Part shown: in pieces, positions 38,987 through 47,999 of the stretch | How the letters are laid out: the number at the start of each line of letters is the position of its first letter | How positions within the stretch are numbered: position 1 is the stretch's first letter | Program-made: the position numbers and the translations under genes | IMG/VR virus record: IMGVR_UViG_3300032164_000004 | Coordinates: 12,685 to 76,684 of that record | DNA: 64,000 bases | Origin: a virus | Reading direction: 5' to 3' (one strand) | The notes under the pieces: generated by a model | Told to the model about the DNA's origin: nothing | Database searches by the model: none | The model's input: only the letters and a program-made list of their open reading frames with translations

Positions 38987-39883
38987 ATGCTAGAAAGTAA
39001 ACCGATCGTTCCTATACAACCTTCAGCGGGTGTGTATGGTCCGGAAAGTCTTCAATTGTTTAAACGTTTTAACCGAGATACATACCTCGGCGCGTTTGGT
39101 GTACAAGCTCCACCTTTTAATGTTTCTAAACCAGTGAAGAGATGGTTTGATACGGAAGTATTGTCGGTATGTGTAGAAAATGATAACGATCCTAATGTGG
39201 AATTAGTCCAATATTCGGTATTTGATCGTGATAAGATTAAGAAAATTAATATGACGGTTAATTCGGCATCGGAAATAAATCTACCGGGATTAGTTGTATA
39301 TCCAAAGTTTGTACCTGTTCCCACATTAGCGAAGCAATTTATTAATTTTGGTAGTTCTACGATTGTAAATTCTATCAATGTACTAAATATTTGTTCGTAT
39401 GAAGAAGCCGTTGTAGTTGCTGCAACTTTGGGTCTTTTAAAAGAATCAGTTTCAGAATCTCGATGGGAAACATTTGGTGAAATTTCGTGGAATGGTGAAA
39501 CTCGTAGACCTTGGTTAATTACATTTAAAGGATCAAAACTTCAGGCCGCGTTTTTGTTACAAAGAATATATAGTAATGGTGTAGGCGCGCCTGGTAAGTG
39601 GGATATGAGTTCTGTAGAACCTGTTTGGGTGAGTGATCTCCAGGTGTCTGGGGAACAAGTTCCAGTTGAAGTGCCAATTCCAGTCAGAGCATTAGCTAGT
39701 AATGAACGTATTAAAGTTACTCCATTTGCTGTACAGATTTATAGAACAGATGTTCCTAATCTGTTATTGGATGTACCTCTTGGGGGGTTAACACCGGAGC
39801 AAGCTTCTGCCGTATTAAAGATTAATGATATTGCGGTAAATGTACAAAAATTAGTTGATGTGGTTGTTCCAAGGCTTAATTAG
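38987..39883 (+). CDS. hypothetical protein
   Basis: RBS AGGAG; Pro/Val-rich; KRWFDT, NGVGAPGKWD. Confidence 0.65.
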   Translation: MLESKPIVPIQPSAGVYGPESLQLFKRFNRDTYLGAFGVQAPPFNVSKPVKRWFDTEVLSVCVENDNDPNVELVQYSVFDRDKIKKINMTVNSASEINLPGLVVYPKFVPVPTLAKQFINFGSSTIVNSINVLNICSYEEAVVVAATLGLLKESVSESRWETFGEISWNGETRRPWLITFKGSKLQAAFLLQRIYSNGVGAPGKWDMSSVEPVWVSDLQVSGEQVPVEVPIPVRALASNERIKVTPFAVQIYRTDVPNLLLDVPLGGLTPEQASAVLKINDIAVNVQKLVDVVVPRLN

Positions 39884-39888
39884 TTCAT

Positions 39889-39959
39889 AGCGGGTAAGTG
39901 GACGGGTGCCATGTAAGGCTCATAACCTTTACGAGGCCGTTCGACTCGGCAACCCGCTA
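39889..39959 (+). tRNA. tRNA-Met(CAU)
   Basis: AGCGGGT/ACCCGCT; AAGG-CTCATAA-CCTT; initiator vs elongator not resolved. Confidence 0.8.
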
Positions 39960-39966
39960 ATTTTAA

Positions 39967-40049
39967 ATACGTGGTGATTGTTCGATTACATCTAAGGAAC
40001 TATTCCCAAAAAATAGTTAAAAACAAAATCGGACTAATTGTTCCCGTAT
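39967..40049 (+). ncRNA. structured repeat RNA copy 2 (candidate Y RNA)
   Basis: ATACG-TGGTG..GTTCGATTACATC-loop-ATCGGACTAATTGTTCC-CGTAT. Confidence 0.7.
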
Positions 40050-40060
40050 GTAAATATAAT

Positions 40061-40132
40061 AAGTGTGTGGTGTACTGTTCGGTTACTTCTTTATATTAAA
40101 AGTAAAACACCGGACTATTTGTTCCTACATTT
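40061..40132 (+). ncRNA. structured repeat RNA copy 3 (candidate Y RNA)
   Basis: AAGTGTG-TGGTG..GTTCGGTTACTTC-loop-ACCGGACTATTTGTTCC-TACATTT. Confidence 0.7.
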
Positions 40133-40147
40133 AGATGATCGTAAGTA

Positions 40148-40211
40148 ATAACGTGGTGCGGATTCAGTTACTTCTTGACAATTAATATACTGGATTACTT
40201 ATTCCCGTTAT
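40148..40211 (+). ncRNA. structured repeat RNA copy 4 (candidate Y RNA)
   Basis: ATAACG-TGGTG..ATTCAGTTACTTC-loop-ACTGGATTACTTATTCC-CGTTAT. Confidence 0.7.
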
Positions 40212-40230
40212 ACGTGAATTTGAGGATATT

Positions 40231-41694
40231 ATGAAAATCAATAAAACCAAACGCAATAGAGTTCCGACACCAAGAACACATGGTGGATCGGTGGCGCACA
40301 AAATCAACTTTGAAAAACAATTGGAGCGTAGTGTTCTTTCTTGTTTCCTTTGGGAAGATCTTCATTATGAAGGTGGCGAAAGTGTAGCTGATCGTATTAA
40401 AAATTTGGTAGGTAAAGTTGATCCGCATTTTGTATATGACTTAGCTGTTCGAGCTAGAACGGAAATGCATCTCCGACATGTTCCTTTATTTTTATTGAGG
40501 GAGTTGGTTAGATATACGACAAACTCAATAGTCAAAAGGATTCATAGTGGTGATACTGAAGCTGCCAAATATAAGTTTGATAGTGATGAAATTGGTCCTA
40601 TAGTTCGGGAAGCATTGCCTCAGGTTATTTTACGTGCTGATGAATTAGCCGAATTTCTTTCATTATATTGGAAGGATAATAAACAACCTATTGCTGCGTC
40701 CGTTAAGAAAGGTTTAGCAAAAGCTTTTGATAATTTTAACGAATACCAGTTTGGTAAGTATAAAGGTAAAAAGGGTAACGTTAGTTTACGTGATGTAATG
40801 TTTTTGGTTCATGCTAAACCGGAAAATTATAATAAAGAAAGTTTGTATGCACAAATCGCGGATAATACTTTGGAAATCCCCGATACATGGGAAGTTGCTT
40901 TAAGTTCAGGTAAGGATAAGAAAGAAACTTGGATTCGTCTTATTGAAGAAGGTAAACTTGGTGGATTGGCTATTCTCAGAAATTTGAGAAATATGGAGAA
41001 TTCTGGTGTTCCGTTAAAAATTATATTATGGGCTATTCAAAATGGTAATTATGATCGAGTTTTACCTTTTAGATTTGTAGAAGCAAGAAAGTGTGTGACT
41101 AATCCTAAGATTACCGAAGTTTTAGATGAGGCTTTGCAGAACACATTAGAACCAGAATTATTTGGTTCTACTTTAATTGTTGTTGATAAGTCCGGATCTA
41201 TGTGTTCTTCTGTTTCTAATAAATCAAATACGACTAGATTGGATGCTGCTATTTCTTTAGCTATTATGGGTAAGGGTCTTTCTGAAAAGTGTACAGTTTA
41301 TGCAACAGCCGGAGATGATTTTCGTCGGATACATGCTACAGGATTAGTTATTGGTTTTGGATTTAAACTTGAAAATTCTATTAGAAATGCTAATATTGGT
41401 GGTGGCGGCATTTTCTTGGTTCAATGTTTGGAGCATATCGCAAAAGAAACCAAACAAGCTTATGACCGAGTTATTGTTATTACCGATGAACAGGATTGTG
41501 ATAAGAAGTTGAAACCGGAAGATGCTCCAAAACTAGGAATCAACAATTATGTTGTGAATATTTCAGTTGAGAGAAATGGTATTAGTTATAAGAATGGTTG
41601 GGAGCATATTGACGGATTTTCAGAAAATGTGTTTCGTTATATTGCGGCTTGTGAATTAGATTTTGGATTAAATCATGAAGAAAAATGGAATTAA
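40231..41694 (+). CDS. rsr: Ro60/Rsr TROVE-vWA RNA-binding protein
   Basis: THGG, RSVLSCFLWE..HYE, LRHVP, RADEL, EYQFGKY, TWEVALS, AILRNLRN, VLPFRF; vWA VVDKSGSM...ITDEQ. Confidence 0.92.
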   Translation: MKINKTKRNRVPTPRTHGGSVAHKINFEKQLERSVLSCFLWEDLHYEGGESVADRIKNLVGKVDPHFVYDLAVRARTEMHLRHVPLFLLRELVRYTTNSIVKRIHSGDTEAAKYKFDSDEIGPIVREALPQVILRADELAEFLSLYWKDNKQPIAASVKKGLAKAFDNFNEYQFGKYKGKKGNVSLRDVMFLVHAKPENYNKESLYAQIADNTLEIPDTWEVALSSGKDKKETWIRLIEEGKLGGLAILRNLRNMENSGVPLKIILWAIQNGNYDRVLPFRFVEARKCVTNPKITEVLDEALQNTLEPELFGSTLIVVDKSGSMCSSVSNKSNTTRLDAAISLAIMGKGLSEKCTVYATAGDDFRRIHATGLVIGFGFKLENSIRNANIGGGGIFLVQCLEHIAKETKQAYDRVIVITDEQDCDKKLKPEDAPKLGINNYVVNISVERNGISYKNGWEHIDGFSENVFRYIAACELDFGLNHEEKWN

Positions 41695-42037
41695 ACTAAC
41701 GTGGAATTTTGATATTTTTATAGATGGTGAAATTGGTTGCTCTTATATTTCCGATAATGATAGTCATTTAATTTTTTACGGTGATGAAGTAATAACAAAA
41801 AGTAAAACCATCACTATAATTTTTGATTATCCTTTAGATGGTAAATTTCCAATGGTTTTTAAATCTAGAAATGGATTTACCAGAGCTAAATTTTATGAGT
41901 GTGTTTATAGAGGTTATCAAAAAATATATAAATCCGAAGATAAGTATGGTGTTTGGGGTCATTGTATTGGTGATTTGTCTCTTGGTTGCGCTACAGAAAT
42001 TAGTCCTGGTAAATTTGAACTAGGTATAGATTCTTAA
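41675..42037 (+). CDS. hypothetical protein
   Basis: FDYPL, YGVWGHCIGDL motifs; coupled to Ro60. Confidence 0.55.
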   Translation: MKKNGIKLTWNFDIFIDGEIGCSYISDNDSHLIFYGDEVITKSKTITIIFDYPLDGKFPMVFKSRNGFTRAKFYECVYRGYQKIYKSEDKYGVWGHCIGDLSLGCATEISPGKFELGIDS

Positions 42038-42136
42038 TCCTTGTAGAGTTAGAGTCCTTCTAACTCCTTATAAATATTAGTGTTGCATTTGATCTCTGTT
42101 TGTGTTATTATAATAGTGTACAGTTAAGATTGATTG

Positions 42137-42213
42137 GGCCTCTTAACTCAATTGGTTAGAGTGCTATCCTTACAAGGTAGAAGTTGGAGGTTCAATCCCT
42201 CCAGAGGCCACCA
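42137..42213 (+). tRNA. tRNA-Val(UAC)
   Basis: CTATC-CTTACAA-GGTAG, CCA. Confidence 0.92.
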
Positions 42214-42256
42214 TTTATAATGAAAGAGAGAAATTTCTTCTTAAAACGAGGATGTA

Positions 42257-43267
42257 TTGCGTAAAGTAATGAGAAACAACATAACTTCACAACTTATTTC
42301 TAAGGTAAACGTTGAAGAAGAGTTGAAAAGTAGGATTATTGGTCAAAATGGTGCAATAGAAAAAATTGTGCCATTTATTGAAGTGTATAATAGTGGATTG
42401 TCTGTACCAAATCGGCCAGCAGCCAGTTTTTTTATTACCGGACCGACTGGTGTGGGTAAAACTAAGTTGGTCGAAACTTTGGCAGAAATTATACATCTTG
42501 ATAAGAAAAATGTTTTATTCATCGATTGCGGCGAATATCAAATGGAACATGAGGTAGCTAAATTGATTGGCGCTCCTCCTGGATATTTGGGACATAGGGA
42601 AACACAACCAGCAATTACTCAACAAAAGTTGAATGCCGTTAAAACGGATAAATCTAATTTAAGTATAGTATTGTTTGATGAGGTTGAAAAGGGTGCTGCT
42701 TCTTTGCACAGAATACTTTTAGGTATTTTGGATCGTGGTGTTTTGAGATTAGGTGATAGTGGAATTGTTAATTTTGATAATAGTATTATATTTTTTACTT
42801 CGAATATTGGATCACATCAAATGCAAAAAGCAATGGCTGGTGGATATGGATTTAATAGTGGAAGAGATACTACTAAACAAGTTGGTTTAAGTGAAATGAA
42901 GAAAAAGTTTCCTCCCGAATTTATTAATAGATTGGATGAAATACTATTTTTCAATTCTTTGACTGAAAAGGATATTGAAGGAATTTTAGACTTAGAATTA
43001 AACAATATTGTTGAACACATTAAAAAGAGATATAATGAAAATTTTGAGTTATTCCTAACGAAAAATGCTCGGATGATGTTGATTTCAGAGTCATTTTCGA
43101 ATGAGAGTGGGGCTAGAGAATTAAAGAGAGTGATACAAAAGAAAATTTTACAACCCATTGCCAAGCTTATTATTGGCGAAAAAGATGGTGAAAAGCAATT
43201 TTCTTTGGTAATTAGGGATAATGAGCTTGTGATACTCAGAGAAAAGGAACAGACAATGAGCGCCTGA
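42257..43267 (+). CDS. ClpA/B-family AAA+ ATPase, second (D2) domain only
   Basis: GPTGVGKT, KLIGAPPGYLG, LFDEVEK, FPPEFINRLD, GARELKR. Confidence 0.9.
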   Translation: MRKVMRNNITSQLISKVNVEEELKSRIIGQNGAIEKIVPFIEVYNSGLSVPNRPAASFFITGPTGVGKTKLVETLAEIIHLDKKNVLFIDCGEYQMEHEVAKLIGAPPGYLGHRETQPAITQQKLNAVKTDKSNLSIVLFDEVEKGAASLHRILLGILDRGVLRLGDSGIVNFDNSIIFFTSNIGSHQMQKAMAGGYGFNSGRDTTKQVGLSEMKKKFPPEFINRLDEILFFNSLTEKDIEGILDLELNNIVEHIKKRYNENFELFLTKNARMMLISESFSNESGARELKRVIQKKILQPIAKLIIGEKDGEKQFSLVIRDNELVILREKEQTMSA

Positions 43268-43336
43268 TGCTGAAGTAGTCGAAGCGGTGGGCTGCAAACC
43301 CACTCTTAGTGGGGGCGGGTCCCACCGGGCGCTCCA
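43260..43336 (+). tRNA. tRNA-Cys(GCA), atypical T-loop
   Basis: GTGGG-CTGCAAA-CCCAC; T-arm GTGGG-GGCGGGT-CCCAC; U73, CCA. Confidence 0.8.
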
Positions 43337-43342
43337 AGAATT

Positions 43343-43516
43343 ATGGAACAATTAAGTATACCTGTAAATTTACCGTGTGCGGTAAATATAAATGATGATG
43401 AAACTTATACCGCACAATGTTTATGTTTACCGATTTGTATTTGTGGTGAAACAAAAGAATTGGTAATAGAAGCATTGCGGGCTCATATCCATCAGCATTT
43501 GATGATAAATATTTAA
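43343..43516 (+). CDS. HicB-like small protein (57 aa, below ORF-track cutoff)
   Basis: MEQLSIPVNLPCAVNINDDETYTAQCLCLPICICGETKELVIEALRAHIHQHLMINI. Confidence 0.5.
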   Translation: MEQLSIPVNLPCAVNINDDETYTAQCLCLPICICGETKELVIEALRAHIHQHLMINI

Positions 43517-43518
43517 AT

Positions 43519-43607
43519 GTATGTTTGGCTGAGATAGATAAAAGCGCCAGGCTGTAACCCTGGTCTCCCTCGGGAGTACGGAGGGGCGGATCCTCCAGCA
43601 TACACCA
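43519..43607 (+). tRNA. tRNA-Tyr(GUA), atypical T-loop
   Basis: CCAGG-CTGTAAC-CCTGG, variable arm, T-arm GGAGG-GGCGGAT-CCTCC, CCA. Confidence 0.8.
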
Positions 43608-43650
43608 ACCATATTTTATTGAAAATAAAGAGGTTAAATAGTAGTTGTAT

Positions 43651-43727
43651 GGTGATTATAACTCAATTGGTTAGAGTGCCAGACCGTGACTCTGGAAATG
43701 TGGGTTCGAGCCCCACTATTCACCCCA
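43651..43727 (+). tRNA. tRNA-His(GUG)
   Basis: G-1, CCAGA-CCGTGAC-TCTGG, C73, CCA. Confidence 0.9.
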
Positions 43728-43734
43728 AAATTTT

Positions 43735-44148
43735 ATGAGGAAACTTATTCCTATAGATAAGAGATGTTTAGGATGTGGTAAGACATTAAACGTTCGTTCT
43801 TTAAAAGAAGAAAGGAAACGAAAATATTGTCACGTATCTTGTCAGAGGATGCACGATCATAATGATTATATTTTAAAGTGGAAATTGGGAAAGGTTTCTG
43901 GTAATAAAAAACCATGTGGTATTTCGGCATATGTAAAACGTTACCTATTTGATAAATATGATAATAAATGTGCGGAGTGTGGATGGAATCAAATAAATTT
44001 AATTACTAAAAGAATTCCATTAGAAATACACCACATTGATGGTAATTGGAAAAATACTAAGGAAAATAATTTAATACTTTTGTGTCCAAATTGCCATAGT
44101 TTAACATTTACGTTTGGTAGATTAAATTACGGTAATGGTAGAATTTAG
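43735..44148 (+). CDS. HNH endonuclease
   Basis: CAECG...LEIHHIDGN..N....NLILLCPNCH. Confidence 0.88.
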   Translation: MRKLIPIDKRCLGCGKTLNVRSLKEERKRKYCHVSCQRMHDHNDYILKWKLGKVSGNKKPCGISAYVKRYLFDKYDNKCAECGWNQINLITKRIPLEIHHIDGNWKNTKENNLILLCPNCHSLTFTFGRLNYGNGRI

Positions 44149-44278
44149 GATAAAAATATGGCATATAAGCACAAGTTAGTTATAGAAACATTATTCAATA
44201 TGATTTAGGACCAAGGTGTTTTAATGTTGCTGTTGTAACATCGAATGAAGAAGTGCTAGATATAAAATTAGGCGGTTC

Positions 44279-44354
44279 GCCGGCGTAGCTCAATTGGAAG
44301 AGCGCTTGCCTTGTAAGCAAGATGTTGGAGGTTCAAGTCCTCTCGCCGGCTCCA
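44279..44354 (+). tRNA. tRNA-Thr(UGU)
   Basis: CTTGC-CTTGTAA-GCAAG, CCA. Confidence 0.93.
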
Positions 44355-44527
44355 TTAGTTTAAATACTGGGTAGTAAATATCATGAAAAAACGAAATTGG
44401 ATATGTAAGAAATGTAAAGATGACCATTGCCACGTTTGTGGTAGAAAAATGGATTTTTATAATTTTGGAACTCAATATTTTAAGAGAAATTCTTGGCATT
44501 GGGTTTGTAAGGGTTGTTCAGAATAAA

Positions 44528-45052
44528 ATGAACACCTGGTTAATAGCTGATACGCATTTTGGACACAAGAATATTATCCGATATTGTGCTCGTCCATTTA
44601 CAGACGTACATCAAATGGAAGATATTATTATTCGAAATTGGAATAAAGTTGTAACTAATGAAGATATAGTATTTCATTTAGGTGATTTTGGTCTTTTTCT
44701 TCCTGGTGCTCTTACTTCCATTTATTATAGATTAAACGGATTTAAGAAATTTTTAATAAAAGGAAATCACGATAAGAGTACTCAACAACTTTATAAAATG
44801 GGTTGGGATGCTGTATTAAAGGAAGTTACTTTAAAGACTTCTAGTGGACATAAAGTTCTTTTAAGACATAAACCTTTGGATACTAAAATTCCTGAACATA
44901 TAGATTTTGTTATACACGGTCATTTACACGATAAGGAATGTATTATTCCACAACATTTGAATGTGTCTGTAGAAGCTATAAATTATACTCCTATTACATC
45001 GGATCACGCCATTAAACTTCTTTTAATGAAACAAAGAGTTGACAAAGTTTAG
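44528..45052 (+). CDS. calcineurin-like metallophosphoesterase
   Basis: ADTHFGH, HLGDF, GNHD, HGHLH. Confidence 0.9.
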   Translation: MNTWLIADTHFGHKNIIRYCARPFTDVHQMEDIIIRNWNKVVTNEDIVFHLGDFGLFLPGALTSIYYRLNGFKKFLIKGNHDKSTQQLYKMGWDAVLKEVTLKTSSGHKVLLRHKPLDTKIPEHIDFVIHGHLHDKECIIPQHLNVSVEAINYTPITSDHAIKLLLMKQRVDKV

Positions 45053-45220
45053 GAATCGTGCTATCATAAATTATGAGATACAAACACGTATTATCGTTAA
45101 TTGTTGAAACTCCAGATATGCAGAATAGTACATTAGCCGAAGATGTTCAAGGAATGTTGAATGTATTATGCCCTTTAACGTTTAAATGCGAACCACTCGA
45201 ATTGAATGAGGAAATGTATT

Positions 45221-46321
45221 ATGAAGCTACCGACTCTATATCATAAAAGTAAGAGTGGTTCAATTCGTCAATGGACGGTTTGGACTGAAGGTAATGTAAT
45301 TAAAACTGAACATGGTACGGTCGGTGGCCAAATGCAAATTGCCACTAGAAATGCGGAAGCTAAGAATGTTGGACGAGCAAATTCTACAACTTCTAATGAA
45401 CAAGCGGATGCTGAAGCCCAGTCTATGTGGACATATCAGAGAGACCGTAAGTATAGGGAATCTATTAAAGCCGCTCAAGAGGATGAATTAGCTCTTCCTA
45501 TGCTTGCACGAAGTAAGGTATTTAAACGCGAAGAAAAAAATAGGTATCCAGTTGATGTACAACCTAAGTTTGATGGGGTTAGGTGTTTGGCGTTTAAGGA
45601 AAATGGTGAAGTTAAGTTGACTTCCCGGAATGGAAAACCGTGGACTGTTCCTCATATTGCTAAGATTTTGGCGCCATATCTCCATGATGGTGATGTTTTA
45701 GATGGTGAGTTGTATGTTCACGGTATAGGATTTCAGACTATCACTAGTTGGGTGAAAAAGCTTCAACCAGATACCGCTAAAGTTTGTTACTATGTTTATG
45801 ATTGTCCTGAATTTAAGGGTGGTGATTTTAGGTGGCAAATTAGACAGGATAATAAAGATGAGATTTTACATGGAGTAAATTCTCCATATATTATAAATGT
45901 ACATTCGTATCATGCATGGAATGCTGATGAGGTTTTCAAATATGCCGCTGAATTTGTTTCCCAAGGTTTTGAGGGTGGTATAGTTCGTTTAACGGATGGA
46001 ATGTATCGTTATGGATACCGTTCTAACGATCTTTTGAAGGTAAAAGATTTTAAGGATGAGGAGTTTGAAGTTGTTGGTCATACGACAGGTGAATTGGGAA
46101 CTAAAGAAGCTAATGCAGTTATTTGGGAATGTAGGACTAAAGATGGTAAGAAATTTAAAGTGAGACCACGAGGTTCTATAACTGATAGAGAAACGATGGC
46201 TATTAGGGCTATTAGGCGAATAGGTCATTTATATAAAGTGAAGTTTTTTGAATATACCGATGATGGACTTCCGAGATTTCCTGTTGGTTTGGGATTTAGA
46301 GATACTATGGATATGTCATGA
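45221..46321 (+). CDS. ATP-dependent DNA ligase
   Basis: QPKFDGVR, LDGELY, FEGGIVR, LLKVK, PRFPV. Confidence 0.92.
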   Translation: MKLPTLYHKSKSGSIRQWTVWTEGNVIKTEHGTVGGQMQIATRNAEAKNVGRANSTTSNEQADAEAQSMWTYQRDRKYRESIKAAQEDELALPMLARSKVFKREEKNRYPVDVQPKFDGVRCLAFKENGEVKLTSRNGKPWTVPHIAKILAPYLHDGDVLDGELYVHGIGFQTITSWVKKLQPDTAKVCYYVYDCPEFKGGDFRWQIRQDNKDEILHGVNSPYIINVHSYHAWNADEVFKYAAEFVSQGFEGGIVRLTDGMYRYGYRSNDLLKVKDFKDEEFEVVGHTTGELGTKEANAVIWECRTKDGKKFKVRPRGSITDRETMAIRAIRRIGHLYKVKFFEYTDDGLPRFPVGLGFRDTMDMS

Positions 46322-46489
46322 CTTTAAATGAACAATATGAAATCGGAGATATGGGTATAGGCGCGTTTCGCGGGTCTGGCGGAAATATGTAAAAAGAGTC
46401 ATTTAGGTACATTTTGGATAACAAATGGTAAAATTTCTAAATTAAGTAGGGGTGAAATTCCTATAAATTGGTATAAAGGACGAAAATGT

Positions 46490-46561
46490 GCGAAATTAAC
46501 CTAATAGGTAAGGTGCTAGCCTTCCAAGCTAGTTATATCGGTTCGAGCCCGATATTTCGCT
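46490..46561 (+). tRNA. tRNA-Gly(UCC)
   Basis: GCGAAAT/ATTTCGC, CTAGC-CTTCCAA-GCTAG. Confidence 0.9.
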
Positions 46562-46591
46562 TTGTTTATATAAAATTTTTATCGGGGAATT

Positions 46592-47473
46592 ATGTTAGCA
46601 GATAAAATCATTAAACGAATCGAATTTTTAAAGCCTAAGATGGCCAAAAAAATACGCGAGTCGCTTTACCGAGTAGATATCCGAAGAATGGAAGAATATT
46701 TGATACCTTATGAAGAATATATGTTATCTATTGGCGAATCTTTAGATTATGGTGTGGATTGTTATTTGAAATTGTGTGATTCGATGTTGTATGAGCGGAT
46801 CCGGTTTATGCAAACCGGACACTATAGTAGTAATTCTTTTGGTGAGGTAAATGAAAGAGTTTATGATAATTCAATAGTTATGCGGGAGCATATGTTTGGA
46901 TTAGCTTTAGCTCAATTTTTGTGGAAAGAACAATATTCTAGATTTTGTTTTTTTGAGGAAAATTTGATAAAATATAGGGATTCTATTGATAGATATTTGG
47001 AAATTGGTGGCGGTCACGCCCTACATCTTAATCGGGCTATAGATACTTTATATTGCGGAACAAAATTTGATTTAGTGGATATTAGTTTAGAATCTATAAA
47101 ACTTTCTGAAGGGATAGTAAGATATCCTAAACTTCAATCTCATTTGATGGATATTCACGATTTTTTCCCAATGAAGGGTTATGATTGGATTAATATTGGG
47201 GAAGTTCTTGAACACGTAGAAGATCCTGTTAAATTGTTAAAAAAGGTAAGATCGTTGATGGCACCTGATGGTGATGTTTTTATTAGTGTGCCGGCAAATG
47301 CCCCAACTATAGATCATATTTTTCTATTTAATGATGCATCGGAAATACGTGATATGATAACGAGTGTGGGATTTGATATAGCGGATGAAATATTGGAATA
47401 TAGTGAGGATTTGCCTGCTAATGAATTAGAGGAAAATAAAATAGCATTAATGTATGCTGCTATATTAAGATAA
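46592..47473 (+). CDS. class I SAM-dependent methyltransferase
   Basis: YLEIGGGH, VDIS, GEVLEHVEDP. Confidence 0.85.
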   Translation: MLADKIIKRIEFLKPKMAKKIRESLYRVDIRRMEEYLIPYEEYMLSIGESLDYGVDCYLKLCDSMLYERIRFMQTGHYSSNSFGEVNERVYDNSIVMREHMFGLALAQFLWKEQYSRFCFFEENLIKYRDSIDRYLEIGGGHALHLNRAIDTLYCGTKFDLVDISLESIKLSEGIVRYPKLQSHLMDIHDFFPMKGYDWINIGEVLEHVEDPVKLLKKVRSLMAPDGDVFISVPANAPTIDHIFLFNDASEIRDMITSVGFDIADEILEYSEDLPANELEENKIALMYAAILR

Positions 47474-47662
47474 ATACCAATTAGATAAAGTAGTTGGAGA
47501 TAGGGGGTCGGATCCCGTAGAATCGACCCAGGCTCCACTAACAGCTTTATATGTTTTTCCATTTCTTAATGAGTAGACTTTAAAACCGTTTGGCGCGCCG
47601 GTTGCATTAGGAACACCTGTAGTTCTGATGCCAGACGTAATGCGATAAGTAGGTTGTGTCAT
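47465..47662 (-). CDS. small late-expressed hypothetical protein
   Basis: Only credible minus-strand ORF; CATAAATA late promoter 5 nt upstream of ATG. Confidence 0.55.
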   Translation of the reverse strand: MTQPTYRITSGIRTTGVPNATGAPNGFKVYSLRNGKTYKAVSGAWVDSTGSDPLSPTTLSNWYLS

Positions 47663-47672
47663 ATGAGTATTT

Positions 47673-47921
47673 ATGGGGATTGATATGTGTAAATTTTATG
47701 GACTTCGTAGAAAAGATATTAACCAGTTTTTAGTCGCTAGATCTATGTGTGATGGTTCTCCTATGTTTGCTTCTGATTATATGCAAAGTGGTTTACGTAT
47801 AGGAGTTAACTATTTTAATAGGGAAGTCTTAGCTGAGTGTGAAGCTGATTCAATACAAAAATTCTATAAATATCCTATTGAAGTTGTTGAGTTTGATATA
47901 GTAGAAGTTAAAAAGGTTTGA
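47673..47921 (+). CDS. hypothetical protein
   Basis: Short ORF. Confidence 0.4.
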   Translation: MGIDMCKFYGLRRKDINQFLVARSMCDGSPMFASDYMQSGLRIGVNYFNREVLAECEADSIQKFYKYPIEVVEFDIVEVKKV

Positions 47922-47924
47922 TAT

Positions 47925-47995
47925 TCTCGACTAGCTTAAAGGTAAAGCCCGCGGCTGTTAACCGCGTCATTGGGGTTCGATTCCCTGGTTGAGAG
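47925..47995 (+). tRNA. tRNA-Asn(GUU)
   Basis: CGCGG-CTGTTAA-CCGCG. Confidence 0.88.
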
Positions 47996-47999
47996 TTCC

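Noticed and set aside
38895-40211. CRISPR or mini-array reading of the four repeats
   Set aside because: Spacing is irregular and each unit is a self-contained covarying hairpin with the variable part inside the loop
46380-46490. NUMOD-like fragment (FWITNG...WYKGRK) before tRNA-Gly
   Set aside because: Too short; at most a homing endonuclease remnant
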